NCBI GenBank assembly: GCA_964019335.1
Contig: OZ025705.1
Location: forward strand, 434,001 to 498,000
Source: Diplonema japonicum
Taxonomy: Eukaryota; Protista; Euglenozoa: Diplonemea
DNA length: 64,000 bases
Direction of reading: 5' to 3'
Below the pieces are notes generated by a model that saw nothing but the letters and a program-made list of their open reading frames with translations, had not been told where the DNA came from and ran no database searches. Both the position numbers and the translations under genes were made by a program. Below are positions 55,441 to 64,000 of the stretch, one piece after another (the stretch's first letter is position 1; every line of letters starts with the position of its first letter).

Positions 55441-56514
55441 CTAGAATCTGTACACCTCGCCGTCCTTGTAGCCACACTCGTAAAGAATACCCTGCATCAT
55501 GTTCCCTTGGTTGTTAGCTGTCGGGGATGCCACCTGCTTCGCCCTCGTGATCGCCAGAGAAGAGTCAGAAGTGTTACGCCAAATGTACGTGTTTGCCATG
55601 TTGCAACCTCCCACAAGTTCCATCATTTTGTCAGGGCCGGACAGGCAGATGATGTTTTCAGGGTCGGGTTTTGGCATGTTGCGTGCAACCATCGAATGTG
55701 TGACTTTGCCGACCTCGCCCTCCCACCCGAGAGGCGGTTCCTGCAGACAGTACGTGACGTTGAACCTCTCGGGGTGGCGCCTTGCGAGGTCGTCAAGTTC
55801 CGCCTTCATCAGGATGTCCCTGTACTTGCGGTTGCTGAACAGCAGTGTCACCTTTGTCGTATCCTCTTCATCCGAAAGCACAGCACGGATGACCTGAAGC
55901 ATCGGAGCAATGCCGGTTCCACCCGCAATGCAGCCAACGCTCTTGTAGTCACCCTTCTTGTACTTCAGCTTTAGATGCTTGATCCTCGCAAAAATCGGGT
56001 CGCCGATTTCTGCCTTGAACAAATGCGGGGTGAAGCATCCCTGTTGGTACAGCTTGACCACGCACTCAAACCCGCCCTTCGTGTTGTTAGGAGTGATGGG
56101 GGTGTACAGGCGGTAGGCACCTTGACCTCCAGGGAGCTTAATACCCAGTTCAAGGGTACTGCACGGGGGCAAACTGTACTCGGTCTCGGGGTCGTCAAAG
56201 GAGAACACGAATTTAACAGTGTTGTGGTTGATCGGGAGCTTCTCCTCCAGTCTGAAGACTTTCCAGTTGGTTGTCAGCGGCCCTCTCGAAGGGTCAGCTG
56301 CTACTTTCCCATCAGCAAAGAAATTTGGCCAACCATCCCTTTTCAGCTTTGCCCTCTCTTCGGTATCCAGCGAGTACAACGGAGGCCACACCCTTCCGCT
56401 GAGACCAGGTGCGGCCAGCTCTTCGGCGCCCACTTGATTGCTGCCATGCCAGAGACATCCCGCAGTGAACCCCACAGCACCGGCACCCACAACCCTGGAA
56501 GCAACGCGGAACAT
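55441..56514 (-). CDS. NADH-cytochrome b5 reductase (FNR family), probable mitochondrial targeting, 357 aa
   Basis: RLYTP, VKLY.QG, IAGGTGIAPMLQ, LLFSN, DIL, SGPDKM, YRF end; N-terminal MFRVASRVV presequence followed by a hydrophobic stretch. Confidence 0.92.
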   Translation of the reverse strand: MFRVASRVVGAGAVGFTAGCLWHGSNQVGAEELAAPGLSGRVWPPLYSLDTEERAKLKRDGWPNFFADGKVAADPSRGPLTTNWKVFRLEEKLPINHNTVKFVFSFDDPETEYSLPPCSTLELGIKLPGGQGAYRLYTPITPNNTKGGFECVVKLYQQGCFTPHLFKAEIGDPIFARIKHLKLKYKKGDYKSVGCIAGGTGIAPMLQVIRAVLSDEEDTTKVTLLFSNRKYRDILMKAELDDLARRHPERFNVTYCLQEPPLGWEGEVGKVTHSMVARNMPKPDPENIICLSGPDKMMELVGGCNMANTYIWRNTSDSSLAITRAKQVASPTANNQGNMMQGILYECGYKDGEVYRF

Positions 56515-56941
56515 GATTCTTATAAACCTTTATGCCATGAAATAGGGAAAAGGAGAAATAAAAGACGCCTGGCCAGTGAAACCGTTGTTGTTGCCAAAAG
56601 CCCGAGGTAGCTATCGGTGTTGACCAAGCAAAGAAAGTGAATCTTGCATTGCACCATAGCACTGCCATCTACAGCGTGGAGAAAGCAGAGAAAAGTCCAC
56701 CAATAAGAAGGGACCATAGAAGAAGGTAAAAAAAAATCCCCCTATGACTATGTGTCTCTGTTGTTCGCACGAGCAAAAAAAAATTTTAAGGCTGCTAAGG
56801 TTTTTTGCTCGGGACAAGTTGCTTGTAATAAAAGCATTTTTGAGATCAATATTTGTAACAAGAAAGAAAATATAAAAAGGTTATAAAAAATATATAAACA
56901 GAAAGGGAAAAAAAGGCGTGAGCTCATTGAATAAATACATT

Positions 56942-57595
56942 TCAAGTTTTGCAAACATCTTTGTCGTCGGTAAGCCCGTTGCAGCGGTCAACCTTCGCAT
57001 AGGAAATGCCGCCAACGGGGCGTCGGATGCCGCATGAAAGAAGCAAAGTACCCAGCATCATCAAGGGCTCGTTGATAAAGGCTCCTTTCAAGAAGGAAGG
57101 ATACCAGTCACGCAAGACGCCTTGCATGACAGCGTCATCACGGCGAAAGTACACGAAGGCTGCAGATACGGTAGTGACGAACCCAGCCCATATTGAGGCT
57201 TTGCGAGACTGCATGCGTTTACTTTTATTATTTTGCAAGTTGTTGTCAGACTGGAGCTCCTGTTTGCACTTCGCGTAGCCAACAAGATGACTCAAGGTAT
57301 GCACCACCGCCGTGGTCACCACAAAGTCCCATACAAAGGCCACGCGAATCCACATGGCACTCTTCAACCGAAGGTTAAACTCGCTCTTGCAAGCGATGTT
57401 GCCCCAGTACGCTAACAAGATATCTGAGGTTGCTTTCATTACGAGCGCCAAAGTCCGCTCCGTCCTGTTGAATGGGTCCTTGATGATGCCTTCGTTGTCT
57501 AGCAACCAGCCATCATAGAACCCTGGCAGCATGCCAAACACACTGTGGCCTTCACGGACCACATCACAATATCTCGCCAAGAACCTCGTGAGCAT
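56942..57595 (-). CDS. Hypothetical membrane protein, 217 aa
   Basis: ATG-started ORF on the cluster strand, GC-richer than its flanks, 2-3 hydrophobic segments; no motif recognised. Confidence 0.5.
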   Translation of the reverse strand: MLTRFLARYCDVVREGHSVFGMLPGFYDGWLLDNEGIIKDPFNRTERTLALVMKATSDILLAYWGNIACKSEFNLRLKSAMWIRVAFVWDFVVTTAVVHTLSHLVGYAKCKQELQSDNNLQNNKSKRMQSRKASIWAGFVTTVSAAFVYFRRDDAVMQGVLRDWYPSFLKGAFINEPLMMLGTLLLSCGIRRPVGGISYAKVDRCNGLTDDKDVCKT

Positions 57596-58035
57596 GTTGG
57601 ATCACTGACTAGCATGAAAGGTTGTTAACGTTGAGAACATAATGAACGGGAACAGGAAGAAGTAAAAAAAAGAATAATGAAGAAGGGTGAATATGGGTGG
57701 ATGGGTGGGCGGGGCATGGAAGCAGCAAGTGATCTTGCAGTTCCATTGTATGAAACCTGACTCAGGCTTTGCAAACTCTTTGCCGTAGTCCTAATACTCG
57801 CCTTACCAATACGCAGAAAGTAAGGTGGCCAGGGCCAGCACAAAGGAACATTTCTTGCATGCCAGTGCAAAAAAAAGGGGTGGGGTAAAGTGCGAAATGA
57901 TAAACGGAATACAAGAACAGGGAGGAATAATGGCAATCCTATGCGTCGCTGACATGTCGTTGTGCTAAACGGAAAGGCTGGAGTTAACTAAAGAGAGCGT
58001 AAGAAGTTCAAGTTTGAGTATCTGTGCTGTAGACT

Positions 58036-61000
58036 CTATTCCTCTTCGCTGCTGGACCAGTGCTCACCGAGCTCCTTGGCCTTCTTCTTGGCGAGCTCAC
58101 GCTGCTTCTTCTCCTTACGGGTAAGCTTCTTCTTCGCCTGCTTAACCTGTGGGGGGAAAAGGGTTCATTTTAATAATAATAATAATAATTATTTTTTTTT
58201 TCTTTAAAACATACCTTGGTAACGTTACCAAGTGCGTCGACCATCTCCTCCATGGCAACGCTCTCTGTCTTCTCCTTCATGACGGCCTCCATCCAGTCAG
58301 CGTCACCCTGACAGTCGAGGCGGCCGATACCGTCGTCACCCTTCTCGACCAACCAGGTCTCGGGGCAGAGGGCCTTCGAGAACTGGTCGTTATGGGTGAT
58401 GATCACGACTCCTCCCTTGAACTGCTCGATGGCGCCGGCGAGGGCGGCGAGGGACTCCCTGTCCAAGTAGTTGGTGGGCTCGTCCAGGATGACGATGTGT
58501 GGCTGGTCCCACATCGCAGCTCCGAGCACAACCTTCACCTTCTGTCCACCGGAGAGCTGCGACATCTGGGTGTGGGTAGCGTGTTCCCTTTCCATCCCGA
58601 CGTCCACGAGGAGCTTCTCGACGTTGGACTGGGTCAGAGGCCTCTTGAACCTGTTATGAAAAGAAAAAAAATAGTAATATTATACTTTTTTTTTTTTTAA
58701 TATACCTCCCCTCCTCAGCAAGGATCTTCTCAGCAGTCTGCTTAACGTGCTTGCCCCAACCACCTTCCTCAAGCTTGTCCTCGTTGATGAAACCAGTAGG
58801 ACCCTCACCGCTGCCCTTGGTGGCGAACCTAACCTCGTACATGTACCCAGCCCTCTTCTGGTTCTTACGGACACCGGTAAGCTTCTCGATGACGTGCTTC
58901 TGCCTCTTCAGACCCTCGTCGTCGGTGAACTCCCAGGTCCTCACCTCCAAGAGCTTCTTCTCCTCCTCCTCGGTGAGGATCATGGTGACCTTCTCCAAGG
59001 CCTCCTTGTCGGTACCGTATTCGTACCTCCAGAGGATGTACTCGGTGGGGGTCATCTTCAAGTGCTTCTCAATGTGATGGAAAGCGTGCTGGGCAACGTA
59101 GGCGACCTTCGCGTTGGGGTTCTTCCAGGTCGTACCCTTGTCCGGGTTCAGCTCTCCGGTCAACAGCTTGATCATGGTCGACTTACCGGCACCGTTGGGA
59201 CCGAGACAGGCGACCCTGCTTCCCATGGACACCCTCACGGTGAGGTTCACGACGGTGGGCTTCGGGTTCCCGGGGTAGGTGAAGTCAACCTTGTCCATCT
59301 TGATAAGCACCTTACCCCTCGAGCTCACGCCCTCCAAGAAACCAGGGTCCGGGAACCTGAAGGAGAGACCCTTCGACGACTTCAGCTCGAAGTAGGACTT
59401 CGCCTCGGGGAACTCCTCCACGAAGGCCTTGATGCTCCCCTTGAAGTTGTGGAGACGGAGGTTGTCGATGTGGATGATCCTGCTGCAGCAGGTCTCCAGG
59501 AGGTGCGCGTTCTGCGACACGATCATGCAGGTCACGTCCTTCAGCCCCCTGATGTAGTCCTCCACCCAGGCAACGTTCTTCACGTCCAAGTGGTTCGTGG
59601 GGTCGTCCATGAGCAGGATGTCGGCCTTCTGAAGCATCGCCCTTGCGAGGGCGAGCTTCATCCTCCACCCACCGGACAGCGAGGACACGGGGTCCATGAT
59701 CCTGGCGGCCTTCCCGCCCTGCTCGCCGGTTCCTGCGAACCCGACCTTGTCGAGGGCCGAGATGACGGCGTCCTTCGAGATGTTCGCGGCCTTGATCCTG
59801 GAGTCCTCGAAGATGTACTCGAGGCAGGTCAAGTGGGACAGCTCTCCGAGGATGTCCGCCTCGACGAACACGGTCCTCACCTCTGTGCTGGGGGGGAAGC
59901 CCTCCACCTGGTCGTTTGCGATAGCCTTCAGGAGCGAGGTCTTCCCGCTGTCGTTTCCACCGAGAAGCCCGTACTTCGCACCCTTCAGGAGGCGAAGCTG
60001 CGTGTTCTTCAGAAGGATCTTGGTACCGTAGGCAAGGGTGAAGCGGCAGTTGCAGAGCTCCGCCGCGTCCTCCTCCTCCTCGATCACGGTCCCGGTCATC
60101 GCGTTCTCGCACTGCTTGAACAGCATCTCACCGAGGGTGTCCGCGTCCTTCTCCGTCTTGCACACGGACAGAAGGTTCTTCGCCCACACCTTCGGCTGCA
60201 TCACCTTCATCTCGAAGTTCGAGGCGCAGAGGTCGGCCACGAAGGCGAGGAGCACGGGGTCCGACACCGTCACCCTCTTGTCCTTCTGCAAGACCTCCAG
60301 GAACTTCTTCGAGTCCATGGACTGCGACTTCAAGAGGTCGACGTTCTTCTTCAACTTCTCAATCTGCAGCTGAACCTTCCCGCACACCTCACGGCACTCG
60401 GGGTCGGCAACGTGGATCGCCGCCTGCTCCAGGGCAGGGGTCAGCTTGGGGATCAGGGGCTCCGCCTCCGTCGCCACCTCCACAAGCTTCGACAAGTTGT
60501 CCGTGATCTTAGCCGACTGCCTCACGATCTTCTTCTCACCCTCACGGAAACCACGGACCAACAAGGGGGTGATGATCGCGAGCTCGGGCCTCTCCACCGT
60601 CGCCACGAACTTCGTGCACGAGAGCTTGAAGATGGAGTCGGGAACGTTGTCCGGCTCCATCAGCGCCTCCACCAGAACGGGGATGAGCTCCTCGACGTCC
60701 TTGTTCTTCACCACGTCGGTGATCGCCTTCAGGGTCTGCTCCGCCTCCTCGCTCACCTGCACCTTGGTGTCGTGGAGAAGGTCGCACACGGCGGGCACGA
60801 GCTCGGGCATCGACACGGACACGGCCCCGGGGCAGTCCCTCGCGAACCTCCCGATCGACTCCAGACCAGCCACCTTCACCTGGAACTTCGTCGAGTCCAA
60901 GCAGTGCATCATCTCTGCCATGGTCGAGCAGGCCACAGCGGGGTTCGACGCCGCACGACCCACGAACTGCATCGCCGCGTCGTGAGCCGCCTTCGCCACC

Positions 61001-61305
61001 GTCTTCGCCTTGTCACCCACGAGCTGGAAGACCACGGGGAACAGCTTGATCACGTAGGCCTCCAGGTGGTTCTTCAGGTCCGCCGAGAGGGACCCGAAAG
61101 CGAGGCACGCCGCCTCCCTCTTCGCCTCAGCCTTCTTCCCGCCTCCGGTAGCGGTCTCGATGGCCTGGAAGAGACCAGCCTCCGCGAGGGCCGCTCCGTC
61201 CACCTCCCTCACCATCTCTGCGAGCTTCTGCGCCGCCTCCACGGAGGGCTTCGCCTCCAGCTCGGAGAACATCTTCACGGACTCAGTTGCAAGTTGGGGT
61301 GCCAT
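58036..61305 (-). CDS. Elongation factor 3, copy 2 (same protein as copy 1)
   Basis: Same ORF translations as copy 1; introns 58651-58705 and 58147-58214; stop TAG at 58036. Confidence 0.94.
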
Positions 61306-61417
61306 TTTTTTTATATAAAAAAAAAGAAGCGAGTGATAAAAGGGGTTTTTTTTTTGTGTGTTCTTTTGATATTTGAACAGAAGTATCCTTTGATGGTGTT
61401 GTTGTTGTTGTTGTTGC

Positions 61418-61504
<87 letters not shown>

Positions 61505-62301
61505 GTGTGTTTGACTTAAGAAAAAATAAAAAAGAAGAAGAAAAAGAAAACCAGGGGAAATAATAATAATTATTATAAGCCATAAACAATAAGAACAAAG
61601 AAACGATAAAAGGAAGAGAAGGAAAAAAAAAGGGGGGGTGCTCTCTTTTTTTTTGATTTTTATTATTATTGTTGTTAAAAATTTAAGAAGATGGATCAAT
61701 AATAACCAAAAAGAAATGTGAAACTAAACTATACTTTCTGTCTTTTTTTATTTATTTATTTATTTTTTAAAAAAAAAGGCGATGTTTAAGGGCAAATCCC
61801 ACTCGAGGACCACCCTTGAAAAAAAAAACAAGCCAAGCCAAGCCAAGGTAAGGTAAGAAGGAAAGGGTTTTTTTAGAAGATGAAGAGGGGTTACTTACTT
61901 GCCTCTGTTTTAAGAAAAATAAAATAAAATAAGAGGGGGAAAAGGAAGGGAGGACAGAAAGGAGGGGGGGGAAAAGAAGAAGAATAATAAAAATATAAAA
62001 ATAAAAATAAAAAACGTGCGTTTGTTCCCCTAAGCCCGAGACAAATCACTTTATTAAGGAAATACGAATCTATAAAAAAAAGGGGGGGGGGAAAGAGAAA
62101 AAAAAAGAATACTGACAAACTCCCGGATGCGAAAAAAGACCTGGGCATTTACAGTATTCGATTTAAATTTTTCAGTGTGCAAAGATGCTCACTCTTTAAA
62201 TTAAAAAGAAAAAGAAAAAAAGAAAAGAAAAAAAAACCATGTAGCATCTTTAAAATAAAAAAAAAACCCCTTAATCTTACTCAATATAATTATATTTTAC
62301 T

Positions 62302-62336
<35 letters not shown>

Positions 62337-64000
62337 AGTCAACCTCCTCCATCTTAGACTCACCCTCATCCTCAGCAGCAGTGGTGTCAGCCTCAACAGG
62401 AACATCTTCTTCATCATCATCATCGATTGACAGCCCCAGCTTGATCATACGGTGGATCCTTTCAGCGTAACCAGCAGGGTCCTCCAGAGAGAAACCGGAG
62501 GTGAGGAGCGAGGTCTCGAAGAGGAGGAGCACCAGGTCCTTCACAGTCTTGTCGTTGGCGTCGGAGTCAGCCTTCGACTTCAAGGTTTTCACGATCGGGT
62601 GCGCCGGGTTCACCTCCATGGTCTTCTTGCTCACCATGTAGCCGCTGCTGGAGGAGTCCCTCAGAGCCTGCATCTTCATGATCTGTTCCATGTGGGCGCT
62701 CCACCCGAACTCCGAGGTGACGAGGATGCAAGGGGCCTGCGCGAGACGGTCCGACAGCATCACCTTCTCCACCTTGTCTCCCAGGATGTCCTTCATGGTC
62801 TTGCAGAGGGTCTCGAAGGCAGCCTTCTCCTCCTCCTTCTGCTTCTTCTCCTCCTCCGTCTCCTCGAACTTCAACCCTTCCTTCGTCACGCACCTGAACT
62901 TCTTGTCCTCGTACTCCTTCAGCTGCTGCATCGCGTACTCGTCGATCGGGTCCGTCATCAGAAGCACCTCCAAACCCCTCTTCTTGCACTGCTCGATGAA
63001 CGGAGAGTTCTCGATCTTGGCCTTGCTCTCCCCGGTGATGTAGTAGATCTCCTTCTGCTCCTCCTTCATCCTCGTCACGTAGTCCTTCAGAGAGGTCGTC
63101 TCCTCCCCGCTCTTCGTCGAGAAGTACCTCATGAACTCAGCGAGCTTCTTCCTGTTCTGCGAGTCCTCGTGGATCCCGAGCTTCAGGTTCTTCCCGAAGT
63201 GCTCGTGAAGCTTCGCGAAGTCCTCCTTGTTCTCGCTGATCTCCTCCACCATCTCAAGGGTCTTCTTCACGATGTTCTTCTTGATCACCTTCAGGATCTT
63301 GTTCTGCTGCAGGTTCTCACGCGAGATGTTCAGGGGAAGGTCCTCGCTGTCCACGATCCCCTTGATGAAGGAGAGCCACTCGGGGATGAGGTCCTCGCAG
63401 CTGTCCATGATGAACACCCTCCTCACGTAGAGCTTGATGTTGGTCTTCTTCTTGTTCGGCTCGAACATGTCGAAGGGAGCCCTCCTCGGGATGAAGAGGA
63501 TCGCCCTGAACTCCAGCTGTCCCTCCACCGCGAAGTGCTTCACCGCGAGGTGCTCCTCCCAGTCGTTCGAGATCGCCTTGTAGAAGCTCCCGTACTCCTC
63601 CTTCGTGATCTCCTTCGGGTCCCTCGTCCAGAGGGGCTTGTTCTTGTTCAGCTTCTCCATCTCCTTCGTCACCTCCTTCACCTTCTTCGTCTTCTTCTTC
63701 TTCTCCTCTCCCTCCTTCACCTCCTCCACCTTCGGTTCGTCCTCTCCTTCCTTCTTCTCCTCCTCCTTCTTCTTCTCCTCCTCCTCGTCCTCGTCCTCGT
63801 CATCCGTCACCTCCTTCTCGTTCGTCTTCTCCACCTCCAGCTCGATGTCGTAGCCGATGAACTCAGAGTGCTTCTTCACAAGGTCCTTGATCCTCCTCTC
63901 CTCCAAGAACTCCAGCTGGTCGTCCTTCAAATGGCAGATGATCTTGGTTCCCCTCTTCAGCTCCGCATCCTCGCACTTCGTCACCGTGAAGGTCCCCCCC
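58037..64000. repeat. Segmental duplication, copy 2 (runs off the window end)
   Basis: Near-identical to 43811-49753. Confidence 0.95.
62335..64000 (-). CDS. HSP90: HSP90 copy 2, 5' end outside the window
   Basis: Same translation as the C-terminal ~550 aa of copy 1, ending MEEVD. Confidence 0.98.

Overview
Eukaryotic nuclear DNA, most likely from a diplonemid (Euglenozoa). This is an inference from three things: all ~22 supportable genes lie head-to-tail on the minus strand like a polycistronic cluster, HSP90 carries euglenozoan-type motifs ([33 protein letters not shown]), and several genes have tiny (33-68 nt) GT-AG introns, which kinetoplastids essentially lack. Genes in coordinate order: F-box protein, coiled-coil protein, trehalase, membrane-anchored coiled-coil/RGG protein, VPS13-like protein, EF-hand-like protein, cathepsin D-like protease, bacterial-type 6-phosphogluconolactonase, SAM-like protein, NAMPT, ionotropic glutamate receptor-like channel, myosin, two tandem MDHAR-like/CRT-like transporter fusion genes, a frameshifted mucin-stalk multi-TM surface protein, TMEM19/DUF92, eEF3, HSP90, Spinster-like MFS transporter, NADH-cytochrome b5 reductase, a hypothetical protein, then a second eEF3 and a partial second HSP90. 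The best candidate for an undescribed system is the duplicated fusion of a monodehydroascorbate-reductase-like flavoprotein with degenerate NADH and catalytic motifs to a CRT/CLT-family transporter. Also notable: an eEF3-HSP90 duplication whose breakpoint lies inside the eEF3 stop codon, a degenerate first ABC site in eEF3, a TM-anchored VPS13, a TTAA-flanked piggyBac-like MITE, and a dispersed repeat family in gene 3' flanks. All family assignments come from motif recognition by eye; no database searches were run.
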